Part shown: piece by piece, positions 41,886 to 52,001 of the stretch
How positions within the stretch are numbered: the stretch's first letter is position 1
Layout: the number at the start of each line of letters is the position of its first letter
Source of the DNA: Ascidiaceihabitans sp.
GTDB lineage: Bacteria > Pseudomonadota > Alphaproteobacteria > Rhodobacterales > Rhodobacteraceae
Assembly: GCA_028388995.1 (NCBI GenBank)
Contig: JAOEQC010000001.1
Coordinates: 2,293 to 66,292, forward strand
Direction of reading: 5' to 3'
DNA: 64,000 nt
Program-made: the position numbers and the translations under genes
The notes under the pieces: model-generated
The model's input: only the letters and a program-made list of their open reading frames with translations
Told to the model about the DNA's origin: nothing
Databases searched by the model: none

Positions 41886-42290
41886 ATGTCTTTTGCCACT
41901 GCATTCCTGAAGCAAAGCGCATCAGCAACTGTTGAACAGAGGATTGCAATGCAAATTGAGATGTTATTGCAATCCATCTCTCCGGAACGGTTGGCCGGGT
42001 CCGCGCTATCGCATGTAAAGGCCTCAAATCTCTGCTTTGGATTACCTATGAACTGGGCTGTGGCTGGCGGCGCGCGCGACACAATGATCCGACAGGAGTT
42101 GCAACAGCGCCTTAAGAGATTTGAACCGCGTATTAACTTGCTGAGCGAGATCGAAATCCAGTCCGATGAACAGAACAACTCTATTTCGTTCTATATTGTA
42201 GCAACTGTAGCAACTGAGAGCGGCAGCAAAAAAATTGCCTTTGAAAAGACTATTTCGCGGATGGATCACAATGTCCGGCAAGGGTCATAG
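41886..42290 (+). CDS. tssE: T6SS baseplate TssE (gp25-like)
   Basis: FGLP and LKRFEPRI motifs; operon position. Confidence 0.8.
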   Translation: MSFATAFLKQSASATVEQRIAMQIEMLLQSISPERLAGSALSHVKASNLCFGLPMNWAVAGGARDTMIRQELQQRLKRFEPRINLLSEIEIQSDEQNNSISFYIVATVATESGSKKIAFEKTISRMDHNVRQGS

Positions 42291-42292
42291 TA

Positions 42293-44065
42293 ATGGATGA
42301 TATCCTACAATATTACGAGACAGAGTTGGACTACATGCGTCGAGCTTTTTCGGAATTTGAGACAACTCACCCTCAAAAAGCTCATGCACTGAAGATAAAA
42401 GCAGGCCAAAGTGGCGATCCCGATTTGCAGCGCTTGAGTGATTCACTCGCACTCGTTTCGGCTCGGTTGTCCAAACGGCTAGATGATACATTGCCAGAAT
42501 TTGCGCTTGATCTGGCGCGGATGATTGCTCCCACGTTTTTGCTTGGCGCACCCGCCTATTGCCCTGTGCAAATGGACACAGAAAAGGCCAGCCTGACGGA
42601 GCCCTTATTTATAGATGCGGGTACTACGCTGGATATTGAAGCGAAAGGCGATCGTCCTGCATGTAGGTTCTCCGTGGCACGATCCACGCGATTAGCACCC
42701 ATAAAGGTAACTGGTGTGCAGCTTGAGCGGGCGCCACTCTCGTTTGAGTTGCCGAATGAATTGCATAACTGCGAGGCTGCGATCCGAGTTACGCTAACTA
42801 CATTTGATGACAGTCTGCCAATTTCAGACTTTTTGAGCGGTGGACTTGAACTTTATGTTTCAGCCACTGGTGGGCGCAAAACGCGACTGATTGACGTACT
42901 CAGCGGCAATCTTCTTGGTATTGGCTTTGCACCAGTTGGCGTTAAGGCGACGCACATGATGGATCGCAATAACTTTGGCATCAAGCTGATTGCTGACAGA
43001 GACATGTTTTTGCCTGCGGCACCAACCGAAATGCCGGGGTTGACTAGGCTGCGAGATTTCCTGTGTTACCCCGATAAGGCGGCATTTTTTACCCTTAACA
43101 ACTTAGAACATCTTTGTGCAGGGGTGGGGCCGGGACCTGTCGAGTTACGGTTTTTCTTGAATAATGATGGTGCGCGAAAACTGACTAGACTTGATGATGA
43201 TGATTTGGCAACCAATGTCGTTCCCACACTCAACTTCTACAAAGAACAGTCCCGTCCGGTTCGCTATGACTACGGGCGCATCCAAGTCCCAGTTGCGCCG
43301 CAATCAGCTGCAACGATGCCATGTGAAATACTGCAGATTGACACGCTGCATATGCTGACCTCGGACGGGGAAATACGCTTACCTCAGATCACTACACCAG
43401 GTGGGCGTTTTGGTCAGGATCTACCTACATGGCAAGAGCGGTTTCTGACAGGCAACACGGATCTGGCACGCCGCGAAGTCAGTTTCTCCGTCACCGATGA
43501 GCCAGCTCCCTTTGATTTTGTGGCGACCTTGATCTGTTCCAATGGAAGTGGCGCATTTTCTGCGCGTCAAGGCATGGAAATATTTTTCTTGGACAAACAA
43601 CTTGCTGAAGTTCCATTTAAGATACTTGAAGAGCCGACTGTTCCCATAGCACCCAATATTAGCACTGGGCGGCTATGGGACATACTGTCATTAATCAACT
43701 GCAATTTTGCGTCAGTTTTTGACACTCCAGACCCAACAGAAGCGTTGAAGGAGGCACTCCATCTTTGTGCGCCCGTCGGACTAACAGGAGCTGCTGACGC
43801 GATTTGGGGAGTAACGGTAGAGCAATCTGTTGCCCCAATAAAGGTTGGCAAGCACGTCCTGCTTTCGACCGGCAGTCAAATCGAAGTGACACTCGATTTT
43901 GAAACACTTCCGTTCCCACCATTTGTGTTTGGAGCGGCATTACATATGTTTTTTAATGCGCTAATCAGCTATGATCGGTTTCTACAATTGCGGATCCGTG
44001 AACGCGGCCGCGACGAGCCTTTTGCGATCTTCCCTACCATTCATGGGGGTCAGATAAGCGGATGA
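42293..44065 (+). CDS. tssF: T6SS baseplate TssF
   Basis: YYETELDYMR, DPDLQRL, RLDDTLPE, LICSNG. Confidence 0.92.
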   Translation: MDDILQYYETELDYMRRAFSEFETTHPQKAHALKIKAGQSGDPDLQRLSDSLALVSARLSKRLDDTLPEFALDLARMIAPTFLLGAPAYCPVQMDTEKASLTEPLFIDAGTTLDIEAKGDRPACRFSVARSTRLAPIKVTGVQLERAPLSFELPNELHNCEAAIRVTLTTFDDSLPISDFLSGGLELYVSATGGRKTRLIDVLSGNLLGIGFAPVGVKATHMMDRNNFGIKLIADRDMFLPAAPTEMPGLTRLRDFLCYPDKAAFFTLNNLEHLCAGVGPGPVELRFFLNNDGARKLTRLDDDDLATNVVPTLNFYKEQSRPVRYDYGRIQVPVAPQSAATMPCEILQIDTLHMLTSDGEIRLPQITTPGGRFGQDLPTWQERFLTGNTDLARREVSFSVTDEPAPFDFVATLICSNGSGAFSARQGMEIFFLDKQLAEVPFKILEEPTVPIAPNISTGRLWDILSLINCNFASVFDTPDPTEALKEALHLCAPVGLTGAADAIWGVTVEQSVAPIKVGKHVLLSTGSQIEVTLDFETLPFPPFVFGAALHMFFNALISYDRFLQLRIRERGRDEPFAIFPTIHGGQISG

Positions 44066-45009
44066 TACAGAATAAAACAGATCTTAAATCACTTAACGCG
44101 TTGCAGGCATCGCGTTTAAAATTGGCCACCTTTGAACGTGCGTTGGATCAAGGACAATTCGATCCGTATCCCGATGGCCCGGCTTCCACTGGAACTACAG
44201 AACAACGTGCTACAACAGCACGTCAAAGCGGCGAGGGACCTTTGCAAATCGGGGGGGCGCCGTTGTCTGGTTTTGACGGTGCGCTGCCAGATTACATTCT
44301 TGAGGCCATGTTGCAAGGCTTGCACAACGACGACGATGGTCTGCACGCTTTTCTCACAATCTTTGATAAACGTCTTAAGCAATTGGAACTACGGATACGC
44401 AGCGCTGCACTGCTGGTGGCCTCTCGAGATAACGCCAGAAAAACTGAGGATTCGGTGCTGAGCCGTTTTGCCCGACTTGGCCAAAATCGCGATTATGACT
44501 CTCGCTATATTGAGCTCATCCTGCCGTTACTGTCGCGGAACAGATCACTCGAAAATCTGCAAGCTATCCTAGGTTGGTGGACTGGGCGCTCAGCACAGGT
44601 GCGCGTGCATTTTAAAACACGCCATCCTATTCGTGCCGAAAGCCGAACCAGTATTTCAAGCCGTCGGAATACGACAGCGCAGTTAGGTATCGGAGCAATC
44701 CTTGGCCGAATGGGCCGCACGCCCGTTGGCCATATCGAAGTTTTTTTGCAATGCGAAGAAACAAGTGATTTCTATCAACTGGCTTCGGGTGTTGAAGATT
44801 TTTGTGCTCTTCGGCGTCTGATCACACGCTATCTCCGTGATCCAGTTCCAGTCACAATCTATGCGCAGGTTCAGCGTAATATTTTACAGGCTCCGCGTCT
44901 TTCATCGCGGCCTGACAAAGGCTCACGTCTTGGAGCTTATAATATACTTTGCCCCGGCAAACGGCCGGAACAAAGCGCAAAAATAAAACTTACCGAAATC
45001 CTAGCTTAA
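44062..45009 (+). CDS. tssG: T6SS baseplate TssG
   Basis: GFDGALPDY, AFLTIFDKR, LGIGAILG; follows tssF. Confidence 0.85.
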   Translation: MIQNKTDLKSLNALQASRLKLATFERALDQGQFDPYPDGPASTGTTEQRATTARQSGEGPLQIGGAPLSGFDGALPDYILEAMLQGLHNDDDGLHAFLTIFDKRLKQLELRIRSAALLVASRDNARKTEDSVLSRFARLGQNRDYDSRYIELILPLLSRNRSLENLQAILGWWTGRSAQVRVHFKTRHPIRAESRTSISSRRNTTAQLGIGAILGRMGRTPVGHIEVFLQCEETSDFYQLASGVEDFCALRRLITRYLRDPVPVTIYAQVQRNILQAPRLSSRPDKGSRLGAYNILCPGKRPEQSAKIKLTEILA

Positions 45010-45020
45010 AGGCTCATTTA

Positions 45021-47576
45021 ATGGCTGCTCTTCTAAAACTTGTGAACCGTCTCTCTCCACCATTGCGTGAGACCCTTGAAAATGCTGTTGGTGAAGCAAT
45101 AAAACGCAAAGTGTCAACCGTTGAGACGGCACATTGGCTCTATCACATTATGTTTGGTAAAGATGTTGACCTTCAGGCGTTTCTTGAAGGCCAAGGGGTC
45201 AGTCTTGATGCGTTGCAGGCGGATTTTGAAAGAGAGATGCCGTTTGGCGCTGGGGCCGATGGCCAACAGCCAACCATTTCTGGGTCGCTTGTCAAACTGA
45301 TTGAACAGGCCTGGATTTTAGCTTCAGTTGAGCTTGATCAGGGGGTTATCTTGCCAGAAGTGTTTTTCCTTGCAACACAGATGCCGAACAACCTTGGTGT
45401 ACGCGCAGCACCGCTGGCAGCACTCAAGCCAATGTCCACTGATGCGCTGCGTGCCTTTGCAATCGAGCGTGGGCAGACTATCCCCCCTACACCATCTGTC
45501 GGGAGGGCGGCTCAGGCAACAGGTGATGGGACGGCGCTGCAGAAGTACACTGTAAATCTGACTGCCGCCGCACGTGAAGGCACGCTGGATACGGTTCTTG
45601 GCCGAACCAGCGAAGTTTCTAAAGTGATCGATGTGTTGCTGCGCAAAAGACAAAATAATCCAATCCTTCTGGGCCAACCTGGAGTTGGAAAAACCGCAGT
45701 GGTTGAGGGGCTTGCGCTAAAAATCGCCTCTGGCGATGTGCCTGAACAGTTGAAGAATGCTGCATTGGTAAGCTTGGACATGGGGCTTTTGCAAGCTGGT
45801 GCCAGTGTGAAAGGTGAATTTGAAGAACGTTTAAAAAACTTGATCAACGAGGTCCAATCCTCGCCCACCCCAATCATCGTTTTCATTGATGAAGCCCATA
45901 CAATGATTGGCGCAGGCGGCACCGAAGGGCAGAACGACGCAGCTAACCTGCTAAAACCAGCATTGGCACGCGGGGCCTTCCGCACCATTGCGGCCACAAC
46001 TTTTTCTGAATATAAAAAGTACTTTGAAAAAGATCCAGCCCTATCACGCCGTTTCCAAGCAATTACGATTGAGGAACCAACACGGGACGCGTCAGTCAAT
46101 ATTTTGCGTGCCGTAGTCAATGGGCTTAGCCAACACCACAACGTTTTTATCCGCGAAGAAGCAATCAAGGCGGCAGTCGATCTATCGATCCGCTTTATGC
46201 CTTCGCGTCGTTTGCCTGACAAAGCCATCAGCCTCATGGACACCGCCTGTTCTCGCGTCGCCATCTCGCAGCATACCAGACCAGACCAAATCGAAACTTT
46301 GGAAGAGCAGCTACGGTTCTCTGAAGCCGAGCTCGAGAAATCGGAGGCAGATGCGAGGATGTTTGGCGATGATAGCTTTGATGCTGGCGCACTCAACACA
46401 GATATCGAAGCCCGGCGCACTGATGTCACCGCCCGCATTGCTAGTTGGGAGACTCAGAAAGAACAGGTTGCAGCCCGTCTTGAGGCCGCGCGCGCTGCTG
46501 AGTTGAACCAGGATGCAACCGCGCCAAGTCCAATGGACAGCGGCGATAGCGACATTTACGTGCACCCTTGGGTCAATGCAGATACAATTGCTTCGGTGAT
46601 CTCGGACTGGACAGGTGTGCCGGTTAACAGCCTAGGTGCCAGCGAAGCCGAACGGTTGCTCAATATGGAGGCTACGCTGAAGCAACGCGTAATTGGGCAA
46701 GACGCTGCAATTGAGGCGATCACCCGGTCACTTAAGATTTCCCGTGCTGGGCTAACTGATACGCGCAAACCGATCGGCGTATTCATGATGTGTGGGCCAT
46801 CTGGCGTGGGTAAAACCGAAACTGCCCTGGCCATCGCCGATCAGTTCTTTGGTGGCGAAGATGCTATGGTTTCGATCAATATGACTGAATTTAAAGAAGC
46901 TCACAAAGTGTCAATGCTATTGGGAGCAGCAGCTGGCTACGTCGGTTATGGCAAAGGCGGTGTGTTGACTGAAGCTGTGAGGCGCAAACCCTATTGCGTA
47001 CTTTTGTTGGATGAGATGGAAAAGGCACATCGTGAAATTCATGACATCTTTTTTCAGATATTTGACAAAGGGCATATCAGCGATAGTGAAGGTAACGAGG
47101 TTGATTTTCGTAATACTATTATCATTATGACTTCAAACACAGGCGGCGAGGAAATTCGTGATTACATCGACTCAACTGATGAAACGCCTAGCCCGGATGA
47201 ATTATCTAACCATCTACGTCCGATACTTCTCAATAGTTTTAGCCCTGCTTTCATTGGCCGAACAGAGCTGATCGCCTATCGACCGCTGACATCTGAAGTT
47301 AGCGGCTTGTTGACTGAAATTCACTTAAAGCGGATCAAAAAACGGATCAAATCTCAATATAACGCTGGCTTCACTTGGGAGCAGAGTTTTGTTGACTACG
47401 TAGTTAATGCTAACAACGATCCACTATCAGGTGGACGTGCGCTTGAGGCGATCATCAACAAAAACTTCCTTCCACGCTTGGCTGAAGAATGCATCAGCCG
47501 AGTTATTGACGATAAAGTGCTGACATCTATTTCTGTTACGCATGACGGAACAGATGTAGTGCTGAACATGGAGTAG
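45021..47576 (+). CDS. tssH: T6SS ATPase ClpV/TssH
   Basis: Two AAA+ modules (GQPGVGKT/FIDE and GPSGVGKT/LLDE), DAANLLKPALARG. Confidence 0.95.
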   Translation: MAALLKLVNRLSPPLRETLENAVGEAIKRKVSTVETAHWLYHIMFGKDVDLQAFLEGQGVSLDALQADFEREMPFGAGADGQQPTISGSLVKLIEQAWILASVELDQGVILPEVFFLATQMPNNLGVRAAPLAALKPMSTDALRAFAIERGQTIPPTPSVGRAAQATGDGTALQKYTVNLTAAAREGTLDTVLGRTSEVSKVIDVLLRKRQNNPILLGQPGVGKTAVVEGLALKIASGDVPEQLKNAALVSLDMGLLQAGASVKGEFEERLKNLINEVQSSPTPIIVFIDEAHTMIGAGGTEGQNDAANLLKPALARGAFRTIAATTFSEYKKYFEKDPALSRRFQAITIEEPTRDASVNILRAVVNGLSQHHNVFIREEAIKAAVDLSIRFMPSRRLPDKAISLMDTACSRVAISQHTRPDQIETLEEQLRFSEAELEKSEADARMFGDDSFDAGALNTDIEARRTDVTARIASWETQKEQVAARLEAARAAELNQDATAPSPMDSGDSDIYVHPWVNADTIASVISDWTGVPVNSLGASEAERLLNMEATLKQRVIGQDAAIEAITRSLKISRAGLTDTRKPIGVFMMCGPSGVGKTETALAIADQFFGGEDAMVSINMTEFKEAHKVSMLLGAAAGYVGYGKGGVLTEAVRRKPYCVLLLDEMEKAHREIHDIFFQIFDKGHISDSEGNEVDFRNTIIIMTSNTGGEEIRDYIDSTDETPSPDELSNHLRPILLNSFSPAFIGRTELIAYRPLTSEVSGLLTEIHLKRIKKRIKSQYNAGFTWEQSFVDYVVNANNDPLSGGRALEAIINKNFLPRLAEECISRVIDDKVLTSISVTHDGTDVVLNME

Positions 47577-47580
47577 AGCC

Positions 47581-48333
47581 ATGCTGAGGTTTCAAATTCC
47601 TTTGATTATGATTTGGGCAGCAGTCGCGTTAGGCGCATCCTCTGTTTCCGCCGTGGCTCAATCGCAATGCGGCAAAGCTGCCATACGATTAGCGACGCAT
47701 GATTTGCCACCTTATCAGATGATTGAGTTTGGCGAAGGCGCTGAACCGACCCTGACGGGAATTGCAGTGGATCGGGTGACCTGTGCTCTCGTCAAAATGG
47801 AGTGCGCTTATGAAATTACTCTGGGAGACCCTAAAGCCGGCCCGCGTGGGACCCGAGCGGGTGACTATGATGGCAATTTTCCTGCCTCTTTAAACGAAGA
47901 TCGGGCAAAATATTCTAAGCCATCCGCACCGATCATCTTTGAAAACCGTTATTGGTATTTGATGAAGGGGTCCAAGATTGACCCCAATGACCCTGCCGAT
48001 TTTCTCAAAGCACGCTACAGTGCAAAATTCACAACCAGCAAATGGAGATTTCTAATGAAAAAGGGGTATAATGTTGTAATGCGACCGCAGAATGCGAAAT
48101 CGCTGCTCGACATGCTATACCGCGGGGACGTTGATGTAGGACTGGAATATGAGGCTATCTTTGAACACTACATTAAGGCAAAGGGTCTCCGTTTGGACCA
48201 GTTCGAGAAAATTTTACAAAAAGCTAATAAAAATATGTCCGTGCATTTTGCGGATAAGTACCTCGATGCCCACCCAAACTTTCTGAGCCGCTTTAATGAA
48301 AATGTGCTAAACTGCATGGAGCCCCTGGGATGA
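47581..48333 (+). CDS. Periplasmic solute-binding protein (family 3-like) inside the T6SS operon
   Basis: Sec signal peptide, LATHDLPPYQ, GIAVDRVTC, MLYRGDVD, FLSRFN; ATGA overlap with the FHA gene. Confidence 0.8.
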   Translation: MLRFQIPLIMIWAAVALGASSVSAVAQSQCGKAAIRLATHDLPPYQMIEFGEGAEPTLTGIAVDRVTCALVKMECAYEITLGDPKAGPRGTRAGDYDGNFPASLNEDRAKYSKPSAPIIFENRYWYLMKGSKIDPNDPADFLKARYSAKFTTSKWRFLMKKGYNVVMRPQNAKSLLDMLYRGDVDVGLEYEAIFEHYIKAKGLRLDQFEKILQKANKNMSVHFADKYLDAHPNFLSRFNENVLNCMEPLG

Positions 48334-49235
48334 GCTTAAGTATCCAAATAATACAAGTTCCTGTCAGCGAAACAGCCCCCCAGCGCGAGTTTTTTTTGAA
48401 TGGTCCCGAGTTCAAAATTGGTCGTAACTTCGCATCGGATGTCTGTCTGCCGGATTTATCAGGACAGATTTCACGAACACATACTGTGCTGAAGAAGACG
48501 TCAGAGGGTGGCTATAAAATCACAAATACCAGTACTAATGGCACGGCGCTCAACGGCAATGACATGTCTTCACAAGAGACACTGCCAGTAGCCGATGGCG
48601 ATATCATCACCCTTGGAGATTATCAGTTGCTGATTGGAATTGTCGGCGGCGCACGCCCCGATTCAGCGGACACAAGAGATGCTGAAATCGTATTTGATAC
48701 CGAAAGTGATTTCTCTTCGAAAGATGCAATGATGCCAGGCGAGGCGATGGAAGAGACCGTCGAGTTTCGTGATCATGAATTCACTCGAGCAGAGGTCGAT
48801 CTTGACCGAGATCTGATGTTTGATCCCTTTGCTGAGGGCCCTGGACTTGACGAAAGCTCTAAAGATCACACGCGGGTCAAGGGAATCACTATTGCGCAAC
48901 AAGGTGAAGCGCTTATGCCAACAAAAGGTTCTGAAATGCTCGATGTCATTTCGCCCAATGGTGCCGAAATGCCCACACGCCACGAAGTCCCAATGCATCC
49001 TGTGCTTTACCGTGATCAGGTGTTAGCAGCGATGGAACTGGCGTTTGAAGCATTTCTCAGTGAGCTGGATCCGGAAAAGCTCCAATCTGATTACGACGAC
49101 TACATCCCAATGCTGGCAAACCGCCGAAAAAGATACTGGGCGATACACATGCGTCAGTTCGCCAAAAAACGCGCTAATGGAGAATTTCGACGTAATTTCA
49201 TGACTCTGTTTGCTGAGGAGATGTGGAAAAAATGA
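48330..49235 (+). CDS. tagH: T6SS FHA-domain protein (TagH/Fha)
   Basis: IGR, ISRTH, STNGT and GDIITLGDY FHA motifs. Confidence 0.88.
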   Translation: MSLSIQIIQVPVSETAPQREFFLNGPEFKIGRNFASDVCLPDLSGQISRTHTVLKKTSEGGYKITNTSTNGTALNGNDMSSQETLPVADGDIITLGDYQLLIGIVGGARPDSADTRDAEIVFDTESDFSSKDAMMPGEAMEETVEFRDHEFTRAEVDLDRDLMFDPFAEGPGLDESSKDHTRVKGITIAQQGEALMPTKGSEMLDVISPNGAEMPTRHEVPMHPVLYRDQVLAAMELAFEAFLSELDPEKLQSDYDDYIPMLANRRKRYWAIHMRQFAKKRANGEFRRNFMTLFAEEMWKK

Positions 49236-49795
49236 ACCATTTCATTCGCCCAATTTTGATTACAATGGCGCTAGCCTCGCTTGTGGCATGCGCCACACCC
49301 AAAGAAGTAGCAGTACCAACCCCTGTGAATAAAACCCTGATCGTACAAGCTGGGCCAAGTGTGAATAATTATAACAATTCATCCAACCCAATTGTTATCC
49401 GCCTTTATCAGCTTAACAGTCGCAGCGAGTTTGAGGCTGCTGGTTTCTGGCAGATTTTTAATGGTGGCGCACCGGAGTTGGCTGGTGTCGTGGTGAACGT
49501 ACGCAGTCTGTCCCCGCTTTATCCGGGCGAAAACCGTCTTGTTTCTATCGATCTTGAACCTGATGTGTTTTACCTCGGGGCGTTTGCTGAGTTTGCCGAT
49601 TTTAGCACTCAGCAGTTCCGGCATGTGGTGCCAATCAATGAAAAATATTTAGACGATGGGGTGACTGTTTCGGTCACAGCATCAGGGATTTCACTTCAAT
49701 TTCGTGGTGCCCCAGGTCAAGAAAAAAAAATAGTGGCTGTGGAGCCTCGCAAACCTGGTTTCTTCGCCAGGTTAATTGATGGATTGAAATCATGA
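49232..49795 (+). CDS. tssJ: T6SS lipoprotein TssJ
   Basis: Lipobox LVAC, NPIVIRLYQL, LYPGE, GAFAEF. Confidence 0.9.
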   Translation: MNHFIRPILITMALASLVACATPKEVAVPTPVNKTLIVQAGPSVNNYNNSSNPIVIRLYQLNSRSEFEAAGFWQIFNGGAPELAGVVVNVRSLSPLYPGENRLVSIDLEPDVFYLGAFAEFADFSTQQFRHVVPINEKYLDDGVTVSVTASGISLQFRGAPGQEKKIVAVEPRKPGFFARLIDGLKS

Positions 49796-51117
49796 GGAAA
49801 TCTATAGTCTGGAGCGAAGGCATGTTTATTGCCCCACAGCATTTTCAGCATAACCATCTGAATATGCAAAATTATATAAATGAGATTTCCCAGCTTGACT
49901 TGGTAGATGGTGACTATGGGGTCAGCCAGCTTGAGATCAATCAGGACATGTTAAAAATTGGAAAGCTTGGTCTTCGGCAGGCAGCAGGCGTTTTACCCGA
50001 TCGCATGTTTTTTCGTCTTGATGGCGAAGTGGTCCTTGATATTGCTGATGGCACCGTCGACGAGGTCATCTTACTGGCGGTACCTCTCGCGATCTTTGAT
50101 TCAGGGCAGTTTGGTAATGGTGATGACCCAGTACGCTTGGTCAAATCGAGGACAGAACTGCGCGATTTGAACGACCCAAGCAATGAGCCAGTAGAGGCTG
50201 AGGTTGCAGAGGTTGGTGTACGGCTCCTACCACAATCCGCTGAGACGTCTGGCTATGCGGCAATTCCTGTGGCGCGTGTGCTTGAGAAAACTGCTGAAGG
50301 TCGTATAATCCTTGATCGTAGTTTTATACCACATGTCCTACGTTTGTCCGCCTCTAGCCTACTAATGGAGCGGCTCGAAGAAATAGTTTCGTTGTTACGG
50401 GTCCGCGCGGCTAATGCCGCAGGGCGTGTTGCAAGCGGCAGCGATACCCGCAGCGAAAGTAGCTTGATGGCCGAACGTCTAGAGCTTCAGGTGTTAAATC
50501 GTTGGCTGATTGTTATGCAAAACACGCTGCAATCTGGTCATGTTTCCCCACGCCGATTGTTTGAGTATCTAGCCTGCCTTTCGGCTGAGTTAAGTGCTTC
50601 GTTGGGGCAAGCTGCGTCTGAAGACTTGATCTATATGGCTGAAAATATGGTGAAATCTTTTGAGACAGTCTTGTCGAGTCTACGCCGGAAACTCATTTTG
50701 GAAAAGCCAGAAAGTGTAGTAGAATTGCAATGGAACACCGAATTATTTGAAAAGCGCCGCCTCTTGCGTGTTATTCTTCCAGCGCGCTTGTTGAGTGAAA
50801 ATCGCCGTCCAATTCTGGCTCTGAGTGGACCTGACGGTGATACCGTACTTTCTGAACTTGGGCCGCTGGCTTGCAAACTATCTGGTCTGTCTGCAATGCC
50901 GGATTTAGTATCGCATGGTTTAGCTGGTGTTGAGATTAAATTCCTTACTGTGGCTCCACCGGAGTTACGCAGCAGGGCAAATGCCGCGTTCTTTTCGATT
51001 GATACCAGCAGCCCACATTGGCTAAGTTTTCTGGAGAAACGCGAGGCACTTGCCCTGCATGTTGATGATCGTATTAGTACTGTGGCCGCAACACTTTATA
51101 TGCTGGGGCAGTCATGA
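49792..51117 (+). CDS. tssK: T6SS baseplate TssK
   Basis: WSEGMFIAPQHFQ, LDRSFIP, ALHV. Confidence 0.93.
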   Translation: MRKSIVWSEGMFIAPQHFQHNHLNMQNYINEISQLDLVDGDYGVSQLEINQDMLKIGKLGLRQAAGVLPDRMFFRLDGEVVLDIADGTVDEVILLAVPLAIFDSGQFGNGDDPVRLVKSRTELRDLNDPSNEPVEAEVAEVGVRLLPQSAETSGYAAIPVARVLEKTAEGRIILDRSFIPHVLRLSASSLLMERLEEIVSLLRVRAANAAGRVASGSDTRSESSLMAERLELQVLNRWLIVMQNTLQSGHVSPRRLFEYLACLSAELSASLGQAASEDLIYMAENMVKSFETVLSSLRRKLILEKPESVVELQWNTELFEKRRLLRVILPARLLSENRRPILALSGPDGDTVLSELGPLACKLSGLSAMPDLVSHGLAGVEIKFLTVAPPELRSRANAAFFSIDTSSPHWLSFLEKREALALHVDDRISTVAATLYMLGQS

Positions 51118-52001
51118 ACTCTGTTCAACCGGAAATCAATACACTCACACTGACGCCGCAAGGTGTGGAGGCCTCTACGAAAGGGGTGGCGGCCCCTGTA
51201 ACCGTTAGCGCTGGTGAGTTGCAGACCCTCGACCTAGCGCTGAAGAAATTCAGTGGCTCGAACAATAAGTTAATCAATGCCGCTGCCAATTTACTAGGAG
51301 TTTGCGGCACTATTACCCGAATGAGTCCAGGCGATGAGCTAAACACTACTCGCGTTGAGCTGTCTCGGGCAATTATCGACTTGAAGTATAAAGTGGTGCA
51401 ACTGGATTACCCAACGTCTGTGGCGGAAAACCTCTGCCTGATTTTTGCTATTGTAATTGATGAGTTCGTCATGGCGAGCCCCTGGGGCCGTAACAGTAAT
51501 TGGGGTAACAGGACACTCGTCGCAGATCTGTTTGGCTTTCGCGATGGAGGTTACCGATTTTACAAGATCGCTGATCGCGCGCTGATGCAGCCGCGCGCGC
51601 TGAGTGAATTTTTAGAAATCGTCTATTTTTTCCTCAAGCTTGGGTTTCGTGGCAAGTATAACCTCGGCAGTGAGCAAGAGCGGGATCGGCTGATTGATCG
51701 GCTTGAAGCAGTGCTGCCAATGCTGAAAATGCCTGGCAGTGACAAAAAGCACCCCAACCCGGGCCGCCCAATTTTTGATAGCAAAACCCCAGCGCGGAGC
51801 TGGCTACTGCGTCACAAGCTGCTGCTGACGGTATCTCTTCTTATTGGCATGGTGATGTTTTCACTGTCCACCCAGATAAAACTAACAAATGATTCAGATG
51901 GGTTTTTTGAGCCGCTTCGCGCAGCTGCTACTGCAGTTAGACCTTCCGATTGGGTGCTCGATAGTCAGACTGGCAAAACCGTAAAGAAGCCCCGTAAATG
52001 A
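51114..52001 (+). CDS. tssL: T6SS membrane protein TssL/DotU (no OmpA domain)
   Basis: IDEFV...W, DGGYRFY, LGFRGKY, single C-terminal TM. Confidence 0.9.
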   Translation: MNSVQPEINTLTLTPQGVEASTKGVAAPVTVSAGELQTLDLALKKFSGSNNKLINAAANLLGVCGTITRMSPGDELNTTRVELSRAIIDLKYKVVQLDYPTSVAENLCLIFAIVIDEFVMASPWGRNSNWGNRTLVADLFGFRDGGYRFYKIADRALMQPRALSEFLEIVYFFLKLGFRGKYNLGSEQERDRLIDRLEAVLPMLKMPGSDKKHPNPGRPIFDSKTPARSWLLRHKLLLTVSLLIGMVMFSLSTQIKLTNDSDGFFEPLRAAATAVRPSDWVLDSQTGKTVKKPRK

